The notes under the pieces: generated by a model
Seen by the model: the letters and a program-made list of their open reading frames with translations, nothing else
Told to the model about the DNA's origin: nothing
Databases searched by the model: none
Assembly: GCF_000018105.1 (NCBI RefSeq)
Contig: NC_009925.1
Span: 1,890,001 to 1,922,000, forward strand
Reading direction: 5' to 3'
DNA length: 32,000 nucleotides
From: Acaryochloris marina MBIC11017
GTDB lineage: Bacteria > Cyanobacteriota > Cyanobacteriia > Thermosynechococcales > Thermosynechococcaceae
Made by a program: the position numbers and the translations under genes
In this document: positions 19,133 through 27,250 of the stretch, in pieces
How positions within the stretch are numbered: the stretch's first letter is position 1
Layout of the letters: every line of letters starts with the position of its first letter

Positions 19133-20947
19133 TTATCGATAGTTCTGGGCTTGGGTTTCAAACATCGATGCATAGACCCCGTTGAGGTTCATCAACGTAT
19201 GATGATTACCTTCCTCAATCATGTGACCTTGTGACATCACATAGATGTAGTCAGCCATCTTAACCGTTGACAATCGGTGACTAATCAAAATAGCGGACTG
19301 ATCTTGAATGAGCTCTCGGAATTGTTGAAAAACCTCATATTCAGCTTTGGGGTCCATTGCACTGGTTGGCTCATCCAGAACAATCACTTGAGAATCCCTT
19401 AAGAAGGCACGAGCCAGAGCGATTTTTTGCCACTGGCCAATACTGAGTTCTTCTCCTTGATCAAACATCTTACCCAGAACGGTATCGTACCCTTGCGGTA
19501 AAGACTGGATGACTCGATCCGCTCCTGATAGTTGAGCCGCCGATCGAATCCGACGATCATCGGCTGGCCGCTCAATATTGCCTAACTGGATATTATCTCG
19601 GGCTGTGAAATGATATTTAGCATAGTCTTGAAAAATGACGCTGATATGGCTTTTTAGCTCAAGCTTACTAAAGCTTTTGAGATCGATGCCATCAATCGTG
19701 ATACTTCCCTCAGTGGGATCATATAGTCGACAAAGTAGTTTAATGAGTGTCGTTTTTCCAGAGCCATTCTCGCCCACCAAGGCAATAACTTGTCCGGGCT
19801 GGAGCTTGAGTGACACATTGTGAATCGCTTTCCGTTTGGTCGTAGCATATTGAAAGCTAACATTATTGAAAACCACTCCAGTAGCCAACGTTTCTGGGAA
19901 AGGCTGCGGGCGTTCGGGTTCCAAGACTTTGGACTCTATATCTAAAAATTCGTATAGATTCGCGAGGAACAAATTATCCTCGTAAAGCCCCGATAGACTT
20001 CGTAACAACCCCCTCAGACTGTTTTGACCTTTTTGCAACGCTTGATAATAGAGGACTAAGTCTCCCAACTTGAGAACGCCTGCCAACGTTTGCTGGACCA
20101 TATAGATAAAAATGGCAAAGACAAATAACCCTGCAATTACCTGAGCCCCAAAAAAGGCAAAGGATCGTTTAGAAACTATCCCTACTTTTTCCTTATAAAT
20201 AAGTTCTCGTAGCTGGGCATACCGCTGTCTGAAATGCTCTCCTAGGTTGAATAATCGAATCTCTTTGGCGAACAAATCACTGGTTTGTAACCACCCCAAA
20301 TACATTGCCTGCCGTTCTAGCTGAGTCCGACGGCGTTTCCAGTGGTACATTACCCCTGCAAATTTCATCCGCACCAATACAGTTGGAATTGCAGCCACAA
20401 ACAGAATTCCGACAATACCCCAATGCAGGGCCAACAATAATCCCAACATTGCTAGTAATGAAATTGAACTTTGCCCTGCTAAGGCCAACCGATCCAAGAT
20501 GCGGGGAGGCCGATAAGGCGCTTCTTGTTGGGCGCGCTGCAGAGCATCATAATATTGGGCATTTTCGTAATACTCTAAGTCAGCCGAAATCGATTTAGAG
20601 TGGATGATGCCCTGCATATAATCCGTGACTCGCTGAGCATGGGCAATGGTAACTAAATCTGATAGAGAGGCAAAGAGGGTCGTACTAATCGTCAAACAAG
20701 CGGCAACAACCAATAAAGGCACGATATCGTTGAGCGCGGCTGCTCGGTTCGAAAGTGCCAAACTAATCGTCACTTGATCGACAATTAGCTTAGTCATATA
20801 AATAGAAAATAAGGGTAGTATGCCCTGAATGATTACCAAGCCAATGCGTGCCAAAGTCCAGTTAGGACTGCTTTGCCAAACCAGTTTTAAAGCTGGGATG
20901 AAGTGCAAAGGGCGTTTAAATCTTGCTTTGATAAATCCAGTCAGCAT
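19133..20947 (-). CDS. ABC transporter, fused permease/ATPase half-transporter; candidate lasso-peptide exporter (D protein)
   Basis: 604-aa ORF with an N-terminal six-TM-type domain. Walker A GENGSGKTTL, signature LSIGQWQKIALARA, Walker B VIVLDEPTSAMD. It lies directly downstream of the precursor genes on the same strand. Confidence 0.85.
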   Translation of the reverse strand: MLTGFIKARFKRPLHFIPALKLVWQSSPNWTLARIGLVIIQGILPLFSIYMTKLIVDQVTISLALSNRAAALNDIVPLLVVAACLTISTTLFASLSDLVTIAHAQRVTDYMQGIIHSKSISADLEYYENAQYYDALQRAQQEAPYRPPRILDRLALAGQSSISLLAMLGLLLALHWGIVGILFVAAIPTVLVRMKFAGVMYHWKRRRTQLERQAMYLGWLQTSDLFAKEIRLFNLGEHFRQRYAQLRELIYKEKVGIVSKRSFAFFGAQVIAGLFVFAIFIYMVQQTLAGVLKLGDLVLYYQALQKGQNSLRGLLRSLSGLYEDNLFLANLYEFLDIESKVLEPERPQPFPETLATGVVFNNVSFQYATTKRKAIHNVSLKLQPGQVIALVGENGSGKTTLIKLLCRLYDPTEGSITIDGIDLKSFSKLELKSHISVIFQDYAKYHFTARDNIQLGNIERPADDRRIRSAAQLSGADRVIQSLPQGYDTVLGKMFDQGEELSIGQWQKIALARAFLRDSQVIVLDEPTSAMDPKAEYEVFQQFRELIQDQSAILISHRLSTVKMADYIYVMSQGHMIEEGNHHTLMNLNGVYASMFETQAQNYR

Positions 20948-21250
20948 AAATTGCCATTTGACAATGCGTAGTGCGAAACTATCCTAACCCTGTAAGCAAA
21001 GCTCAGCGAGGGAGAGGATCGATATAACCGCCCTTAAACAAAAGTCTGGGTTAAACGAATCTGCTATGCCGCTCATAAGTTCGAAACCTCAGAAAGACCA
21101 ACCGACAGATTAAAAAGGCGAAGTCGAGTTCACCATAACTCAGCCCAAAAAGACTGCATCACATAAGCTAGGAGTCTTTTAGCAAAGCTCAAATCGTTAA
21201 TATTTGGCATGCCCTACTATAGGAGGGTGCGATTTTTTCCGTTTTAGCTT

Positions 21251-21285
21251 AAACAAATAGAGCCAGCATTTGGAAGGCTGACTCT
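21251..21285 (-). terminator. Candidate intrinsic terminator/attenuator downstream of precursor A1
   Basis: The minus-strand RNA reads AGAGUCAGC-CUUCCAAAU-GCUGGCUCU. That is a 9-bp stem whose only non-Watson-Crick pair is a G.U in the sense transcript (it would be a C-A mismatch on the other strand). It is followed by AUUUGUUU and sits about 45 nt after the A1 stop. Confidence 0.45.
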
Positions 21286-21327
21286 ACTCGCTTCAATATT
21301 CAGTTGAACAATAACTGAAAAGGATGA

Positions 21328-21468
21328 CTATGACGTTACATCATCAATATCACCAACGGGAATTGTCCCGAAAGGCACATCTGTAGCATTCAATGACGGT
21401 GAATTCTTAGTCATATCTTCTACGCTGCCGTACACCTTCAATTGGGGTGCACCATAGGTTCTTTTCAT
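21328..21468 (-). CDS. Lasso-peptide precursor A1 (46 aa): MKRTYGAPQLKVYGSVEDMTKNSPSLNATDVPFGTIPVGDIDDVTS
   Basis: Hand translation; below the ORF-track size cut-off. Preceded by AAGGAG. The leader fits YxxPxLxxxGxxxxxTx (Y5,P8,L10,G14,T20). It lies between the cyclase and the ABC exporter. Compared with paralog A2, 36/46 residues are identical, and 17 of the identical residues use different synonymous codons. Confidence 0.85.
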   Translation of the reverse strand: MKRTYGAPQLKVYGSVEDMTKNSPSLNATDVPFGTIPVGDIDDVTS

Positions 21469-21550
21469 GGTCTTAGCTTACTCCTTACTTAATCTGTCGC
21501 TGTTTTAGCTTATGCAAGCATTTGCAAGTTAACAGCATCTAACTATAGTC

Positions 21551-21588
21551 AATTAGGTGTTTTACCCCCCAGGTCAGCTGTGAAACAA
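21551..21588 (-). promoter_or_regulatory. Conserved box upstream of A1 (sense strand TTGTTTCACAGCTGACCTGGGGGGTAAAACACCTAATT)
   Basis: Identical, apart from a 1-nt T indel, to 21888-21924 upstream of A2, while the surrounding non-coding sequence has diverged. Function unknown; it could be a promoter/operator or a 5' UTR element. Confidence 0.5.
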
Positions 21589-21652
21589 TCCACGCTGGAC
21601 CAGGACGCCCACATTCTAGCAACAATCAAAAATTAGTGACTGGATAAAATGA

Positions 21653-21793
21653 CTAGGATGTAATGTCGTCGATATCTCCAGGAGGAATGGTTCCAAAGGG
21701 CACATCAATGGCATTGATTGATGGCGCATTCTTCGTCATATCTTCTACGCTTCCGTAGGTTCTGAGTTGAGGTGCGTCATAAAATTTTTTCAT
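21653..21793 (-). CDS. Lasso-peptide precursor A2 (46 aa): MKKFYDAPQLRTYGSVEDMTKNAPSINAIDVPFGTIPPGDIDDITS
   Basis: Hand translation. Preceded by AAGGAG. Same leader motif and same architecture as A1, including the C-terminal Ser. Confidence 0.85.
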   Translation of the reverse strand: MKKFYDAPQLRTYGSVEDMTKNAPSINAIDVPFGTIPPGDIDDITS

Positions 21794-21887
21794 GGCTTTA
21801 GCTTGCTCCTTAAGTCATCTGCTTTTATCAGCTGTTCTGGTTTCCTTATATGGGTTGCCATACAAGTTGACAGCGTCTAATTAAATT

Positions 21888-21924
21888 AATTAGGTGTTTA
21901 CCCCCCAGGTCAGCTGTGAAACAA
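21888..21924 (-). promoter_or_regulatory. Conserved box upstream of A2 (second copy of the 21551-21588 box)
   Basis: See 21551-21588. It contains a CAGCTG palindrome and a G6 run. Confidence 0.5.
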
Positions 21925-22079
21925 GTTTCTAGCCGGACCTTGATACCGTTATTTGACATACTACCCAGTAGGCAAACTTGCCAAGCGGACATCAATTCAG
22001 CATACAAATCCAGTTAAGCTATTATAACTTCTCAAATATTTTGGGGACATTCCAATCCTTAAATATTCATTAGATTTGA

Positions 22080-24050
22080 TTACTGTAGAGTAGATTCGGC
22101 AAAATTGACGCCTAGATTGGCTTGTTGTAGCCAAAGAGTCAAATTAACGGCAATCCAAATCAACAGTGTATCGTTAGCTTCAGCCTCTCCCCTTTGCCAT
22201 CGCTGGACTAACTGAGTGAACTCGTGCATATCAATAAACGTCTCAATGGCATCGGGTGGATGATTGAGAACTTGATGAATTAGGTCCATACCGTACTTTT
22301 CTAGGGTATGGTCAAACGCTGTGCCCAAATTTCCTTTACCGGCACGCCATTGAATTTGAGGAGGAAGAATACCATCCAGTCCACGTCGGATAATTAATCG
22401 AGTCCAACCATTTTGCATCTTTTGTTCTTCTGGTAGAGAAACACAAAATTCCACTAACCGCTTATCCCAAAAGGGAAATCTCAATTCCACTTGGGAGGCA
22501 GCAGCTGTTCGATCCATCACTTCTAGGGTCGAAGAGACTAAGCCAGATGTAACGTCAACGATATGTTCGTGGCGCTGGGAAGGCTGTGCTCCAAAGCGCT
22601 GACGACGCAGGTGTTTATAACGCTGTAGCACGGATGCTCGATCAACAAAGTCTGGGGTGAGGGGGATGGCCCAGGGCCTGGCTGGAGTCACCTCGGACGT
22701 CTTCTGCTGCCCACGGAATTGCCAGCTTTTAACTTTACCTAAAATTTTGGTAATCTTTGTTTTTTTAAGGAGGGGATTGATGCCAAATTTACGGACATAG
22801 GACCGATACAAGGGCCATAAATCGTAACCAAAGCTTTGGCAAAACCCCCTCATCTCGCGCCATAACTTGAGCCACCGTCCTGCCTTGGCCAGAGTACGTA
22901 AATACCCAACACCATGAGATACCGCCTGATCACCATCAAAGCCATCCAATAACACCCTGACCGATTGGCTTTGAGCGATTTGATATAAGGCATGGGTTAA
23001 ATGGGCGTTACAGGCAAATAAGGGTTCGTCTTGGATAGCTAGCATGTGCTGATAATCGGTCCAGGGGCTGAGTTGATCGCCCTGTACATACTGAGGCTCG
23101 ATGGGTCGCTGATGAATCACGGCATTCATAAATTCCTGCTCATCAGATGCCGTAATTTCATTAAACACGGCGGAGAAAGTAGGGAATTTAGCGGTCTCTT
23201 GCGCCTCCTGTCTCAACTGGGCCGTCATACAGGTAATCGAGGAAGAATCAATTCCTCCACTTAACATTGTGCCGATGGAAAATGCACTTCTCAGGCGGCA
23301 GCGCACGGCTTCGGTGAAAATGGATTGAAACTGTTCCGCATAGGCTTGATCGGAGTCCAGCTGAAGTTCAAAGTCAGGATCGAGAGACCAATAGGCTGAG
23401 ATGTCCAAACTGTTTTGGCTTACTGTCATCCGATGAGCAGGAGGAAGACGAACAATCTGCTCATAAAAAGTCATTTCTGCATCAAATAGCATCAGGGTCA
23501 GATAGTCGGCGACCCTGGTTTCATTGAGGGATTTAGGCACTTCCAGCAAATGAAACAGCGCTTTCATTTCGCTGGCAAAGGCAAAGACTTGTTCGGAGGC
23601 ATAGTAAAAGAAGGGCTTGACTCCAAAATGATCGCGGGCGCAAAACAAATGCTGTTGAGTCTCATCCCAAAGGGCAAAGGCAAAATCACCTAAGAAATAT
23701 TCGGGGCATTGTTCGCCCCATTTTTCGTAGGCAGCAAGAATGAGGGCGCTATCGGTAATCACTGCTGAGGGAGACTCTTTCAGACCCAGCTGGGTCATTA
23801 GGTCCACACGGTTATCAATTCGGGCGTCTGCCGTCAAGATTAAAGTTTGGGAAGCGTTGCTAAGGGGTAGCGTTTCAAACCGGGATTCTGGGGTGGTCTG
23901 TAATAAACAATGGCCTAAGCCAACCCTATCTTGACTCCATTCATTGGTTCCATCCGGTCCTCGATGGGATAGAGATTGGACCATTTGGTGCAAATAATCG
24001 CTCCCCTCAGGATGAGGGTGAGGATAGACAAAGCCAGTAATTGCGCTCAT
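22080..24050 (-). CDS. Lasso-peptide cyclase (C protein), asparagine-synthetase B homolog
   Basis: 656-aa ORF. The N-terminus MSAITGF aligns with the AsnB MCGIxG but has Ser where the glutaminase nucleophile Cys is expected. PP-loop ATP-pyrophosphatase motif MLSGGIDSSS. The genomic context is B1/B2/precursors. Confidence 0.85.
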   Translation of the reverse strand: MSAITGFVYPHPHPEGSDYLHQMVQSLSHRGPDGTNEWSQDRVGLGHCLLQTTPESRFETLPLSNASQTLILTADARIDNRVDLMTQLGLKESPSAVITDSALILAAYEKWGEQCPEYFLGDFAFALWDETQQHLFCARDHFGVKPFFYYASEQVFAFASEMKALFHLLEVPKSLNETRVADYLTLMLFDAEMTFYEQIVRLPPAHRMTVSQNSLDISAYWSLDPDFELQLDSDQAYAEQFQSIFTEAVRCRLRSAFSIGTMLSGGIDSSSITCMTAQLRQEAQETAKFPTFSAVFNEITASDEQEFMNAVIHQRPIEPQYVQGDQLSPWTDYQHMLAIQDEPLFACNAHLTHALYQIAQSQSVRVLLDGFDGDQAVSHGVGYLRTLAKAGRWLKLWREMRGFCQSFGYDLWPLYRSYVRKFGINPLLKKTKITKILGKVKSWQFRGQQKTSEVTPARPWAIPLTPDFVDRASVLQRYKHLRRQRFGAQPSQRHEHIVDVTSGLVSSTLEVMDRTAAASQVELRFPFWDKRLVEFCVSLPEEQKMQNGWTRLIIRRGLDGILPPQIQWRAGKGNLGTAFDHTLEKYGMDLIHQVLNHPPDAIETFIDMHEFTQLVQRWQRGEAEANDTLLIWIAVNLTLWLQQANLGVNFAESTLQ

Positions 24051-24070
24051 GGGGGCAGAAGGGGCAAATG

Positions 24071-25288
24071 TTAGGAAGTAGAAGTGGGTTCAATCGCTTT
24101 AATCATCAGAAATCCCTCTTGAATCAAGTTTTGAGCTAAGGACAATCGTCCAGCATCGTTAATCAAACCACCAATGTCTTTAACAGCTAGATAGGGATGG
24201 TCAATCAGATCAGTCAGGGAGGTCGCTAGGAAAATAGGAAAGGTTAGACTTTTTTGATAGAAGTTCAAAACGATTTGAGTGGAATCTCTATCAACGGAGA
24301 AGAGAATATTGGGTCTGCGAGCAACGACAGAGTTGAGATTGAGCTGTGGCAGGTAAATCAGATCTTGGAATCGACCTTGGTCTTCTGATTTGCGATCGCA
24401 CAAAAATACCTTATGCTTCCGCTCTACCAGTTCTTCAGTCTTAACATTACTAATTAAGTACTGACTCAGGGTTTGAAACAACTCATAAAAAGCCTGCTGT
24501 TGCTCAGAACTGGAAAAACCGTGGGGAATCGCTTTCCGAAAGGCTGGGTCAGCCTGGGCGATGGTGACCAACTCCTCCAAGAGTTCATAGGCGAAGGTGG
24601 GATATAACCCTAGGGATGCATGCACAGAGGTGGTCTCCTGACTAGCCGCTTGATGGACTACCCCCCGAGGAATATAAAGCAAATCACCAGGCTGAAGCAT
24701 TACCGTTAATTCCGGCTCCGCCAGTTTATGGCGGCCAATACTTTGATCGCGGATGTGAGAGGGGAGTTCAACAGGAGAATGGTAGAGTTTCCATTCCTTT
24801 TCCCCCGTGATTTGGAGAATAAACACATCATGTTCATCGTAATGAGGGGCTAAGCCCTGGGCCTGGGGGGGGGTGATATAGATATTGGTTCGTAGCTTAA
24901 ACTTCAGCTCGCATTCTAGAGCACTGCAAAAATGTCTCAGCTTGGGAATTTTCTTATGAGCCCCATTGATAGTCAAGGTTAAGCCTTGATGCAACAGGCT
25001 ATAGAGCTTGTCGTTATTAATAAAATACTGTTGGGATTTAGAGTGGCGATCACACCAGTCTTCCAGACTGAGCTTATTACCCTGATCCACTAGGCGAAAG
25101 TTATTGTAATCCGCCAACAACGCTTTGTTTTGCAGCAGAAGATCGATGTCCTCTGGCTGTAAAACTGACCCATAAAATGAGGCATCATTCCTTGGCAAAT
25201 AGAGGGTTTTTGTTTCCCAATAGGTCTGGAAAAAATCCTCAATCGTGCAAGGAGAGATTAAACGGGCAAATTGAGACTCAACCTTCAT
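24071..25288 (-). CDS. JmjC/cupin_4-type (ribosomal-oxygenase YcfD/RoxA-like) Fe(II)/2OG oxygenase
   Basis: Facial triad context APHYDEHDVFILQITGEKEWKLY (HxD) and LLYIPRGVVHQA (distal His). The ORF track starts at TTG 25321; the ATG at 25288 (MKVESQ..) is preferred and overlaps the kinase stop by 11 nt. Confidence 0.75.
   Translation of the reverse strand: MKVESQFARLISPCTIEDFFQTYWETKTLYLPRNDASFYGSVLQPEDIDLLLQNKALLADYNNFRLVDQGNKLSLEDWCDRHSKSQQYFINNDKLYSLLHQGLTLTINGAHKKIPKLRHFCSALECELKFKLRTNIYITPPQAQGLAPHYDEHDVFILQITGEKEWKLYHSPVELPSHIRDQSIGRHKLAEPELTVMLQPGDLLYIPRGVVHQAASQETTSVHASLGLYPTFAYELLEELVTIAQADPAFRKAIPHGFSSSEQQQAFYELFQTLSQYLISNVKTEELVERKHKVFLCDRKSEDQGRFQDLIYLPQLNLNSVVARRPNILFSVDRDSTQIVLNFYQKSLTFPIFLATSLTDLIDHPYLAVKDIGGLINDAGRLSLAQNLIQEGFLMIKAIEPTSTS
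24392..24399. repeat. HIP1 octamer GCGATCGC
   Basis: Exact match read in the sequence, inside the lasso cluster. Confidence 0.95.
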
Positions 25289-26183
25289 GGGCCAGGATGT
25301 GATTTTCAACGAGGGTAGCAATGTCCGGTAGTAAGTCGAGGGAGGCTGGCCGTAAGAGACGCAAAAGTGGCACTTGTTGAGCCAGGAGCATCAGTTGCTT
25401 AAAATGGTTGGCTCCTCGCTCCTGCAATAAAGTTTGCTCAAAGCGGGTGACATAGGAGTTTTGCATCAAATGTTGAATAATCTCCTGGGGCGGTAACGGC
25501 TTAATGGCGACTTCCTCCCCCTGTCCCAGCACAAAAATATATCTCAAGGGCAGAATGTCAGACATAAAGCCAGAAGAGAGTTGATGATTGCGCTTTTCTA
25601 AGCGGGCCCCTAGTCGTGGTAAATCCTCGGGCTGCTTGCCAATACAGGTGACCGCATCGGGCCACAGCTTGATTTGTGGAAAGGCAGGCTGTACCTGAAT
25701 TTGATGGCGTTGGACCTCTAGGGCTACCACATCATCCGCAATCAAGCTATGGCCACGATCATGCAAAGTCGCTGCCATCGTGGATTTGCCCCATCGCTTT
25801 TGACCAATAAAGGCCACCGCTTCTCCTTCCAACGCCACGGCACTGGCATGGAGGACCAAAAATCCGCGTTGATGCAGCACAACTCCCATGACCGCACCCA
25901 GAATAAAGAGTCGGAGACGATCCTCATCGAGATCAATCTCTAGATCAATCAGGACATCCTGGCCTTCCTGAATCAAAAACGTACCGACTCCTTGCCAATA
26001 TAAATACATTCCTGAATCGTTATTTTGATAGCAATGCAGGGTGTCTCCCGTCTGCAAAGGACTATCGGTAATGGCATCAAAATGAATCCAGACATCCGCA
26101 TCCGTTGCCAGGGTGGGAATCAGTTCTGGCAGTTTAATTTCAGACTGAAGGGTCAAGCCATAGGCTGAATAAAAGTGGGACAT
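25278..26183 (-). CDS. HPr-kinase/phosphorylase-like P-loop kinase (lasso precursor Ser kinase candidate)
   Basis: 301-aa ORF. P-loop FIGQKRWGKSTMAATL preceded by LHASAVALEGEAVAF and followed by LIADDVV, the arrangement of the HprK C-terminal domain. Sits in the lasso-cluster context. Confidence 0.75.
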   Translation of the reverse strand: MSHFYSAYGLTLQSEIKLPELIPTLATDADVWIHFDAITDSPLQTGDTLHCYQNNDSGMYLYWQGVGTFLIQEGQDVLIDLEIDLDEDRLRLFILGAVMGVVLHQRGFLVLHASAVALEGEAVAFIGQKRWGKSTMAATLHDRGHSLIADDVVALEVQRHQIQVQPAFPQIKLWPDAVTCIGKQPEDLPRLGARLEKRNHQLSSGFMSDILPLRYIFVLGQGEEVAIKPLPPQEIIQHLMQNSYVTRFEQTLLQERGANHFKQLMLLAQQVPLLRLLRPASLDLLPDIATLVENHILAHEG

Positions 26184-26312
26184 AGCAATTAGCGGCTATC
26201 CAGACTCAAAGAATAACGTTTTTAAGGGATTTTTGCCTTCAGCAGTTAGGGTGACATATGGGAGCAAAGTAGCAGATCATCAGCGGGACAAACCTGCAGA
26301 TTGAAACCACCC

Positions 26313-27236
26313 TTACCGTTGGTCCCGAGGTAGTAATTTCTTGAGTTTGGATCTTAGTTTTTTGAGAAAGGGTTGAGTGGGTTGAGGCTCGTTTGCCGTA
26401 AACAGTTTATAAATTAATGCTTCGAACAGGGGATTTGGCGCCATAGAGTCCGGATGAATGATGGCATCTAAATTCAAATTAAAGGTTGGCAACTCATTTA
26501 AACCTTGGTTCCCTTGGGTATGACTGCCTTGAGTGCCAATATTGGAAATCAGATTGACCTTCGGCACAACGGTGAGACCGTCCTGAGCGAGACAAGAATA
26601 AAACCATGGAATATCCCAAACCTGTTGGTTCTGATAGGCCCAGTCAAATAATTGGGTCACCCAATCCGTGAGGGCCTGTTGCTCAAAAAATTGGGGTTGG
26701 GTTTGCTTGAACTGAGGCCACCCCGTCATCGTGAGGTCGTTGCCTTGCCACGCTCTGCGCCAAGAGGCCCATCCCCAAGACACAAAAAATTTAGAGAAGA
26801 CATAGGTCTGGGGAATAGAAAGGGTATCTCGCAAAAAATTACTCCCCGAGATGGTCTTGACTTGGAATTGATGACGGTACTGAGCTAACATCCCTTGGCA
26901 AAACGGGAAAAAGCTGGGATGGGGAAGACAGTCATCTTCTAAAATGATCGCTTCTTCCACCTGAGAGAACACCCAGTCCAACCCCTGGACATTACAAGAC
27001 CGTCCCCCCAGGTTCGATTCAGCAAAACGGGTGAACACCTCGCACTCCCAATCCACTTGATCAACAATCGCCCTTGCTTGCTGGCATAAATCATCATCCT
27101 CGGGCACATCAGCTCTCGGGCCATCCGCAACGATAAACAAGGTTGACGGTTTGACTTGGGCAATCGCTGCAAATACCTGATTCGAATATTGCGGACGATT
27201 GAAAATATGAAGGGCAACGGGAGTGGAAAAAGGCAT
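26313..27236 (-). CDS. GT-A-fold glycosyltransferase (GNT-I / 'HlpA-like' type)
   Basis: 307-aa ORF with VALHIFNRPQY...LFIVADGPR, AIILEDDCLPHPSFFPF (an EDD motif in DxD position) and WGWASWRRAW. From memory this pattern matches bacterial GNT-I-like glycosyltransferases. No search was run. Confidence 0.55.
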   Translation of the reverse strand: MPFSTPVALHIFNRPQYSNQVFAAIAQVKPSTLFIVADGPRADVPEDDDLCQQARAIVDQVDWECEVFTRFAESNLGGRSCNVQGLDWVFSQVEEAIILEDDCLPHPSFFPFCQGMLAQYRHQFQVKTISGSNFLRDTLSIPQTYVFSKFFVSWGWASWRRAWQGNDLTMTGWPQFKQTQPQFFEQQALTDWVTQLFDWAYQNQQVWDIPWFYSCLAQDGLTVVPKVNLISNIGTQGSHTQGNQGLNELPTFNLNLDAIIHPDSMAPNPLFEALIYKLFTANEPQPTQPFLKKLRSKLKKLLPRDQR

Positions 27237-27250
27237 GGGAGAAGCAAAAT

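Noticed and set aside
21148-21180. Inverted repeat AAAAGACT ... AGTCTTTT between A1 and the ABC gene
   Set aside because: It is an 8-bp AT-rich stem with a 17-nt loop. That is too weak to call and is expected by chance in a 380-bp AT-rich spacer.
21579-21594. CRP-like site TGTGA-N6-CCACG overlapping the conserved box upstream of A1
   Set aside because: Only the TGTGA half-site is conserved in the second copy (TGTGA-N6-TTTCT), so a symmetric CRP/NtcA-type site is not supported.
22080-24050. Housekeeping asparagine synthetase AsnB
   Set aside because: The N-terminal nucleophile Cys is replaced (MSAITG instead of MCGIxG), and the gene sits between lasso B1/B2 genes and lasso-type precursors. 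It is called a lasso cyclase.
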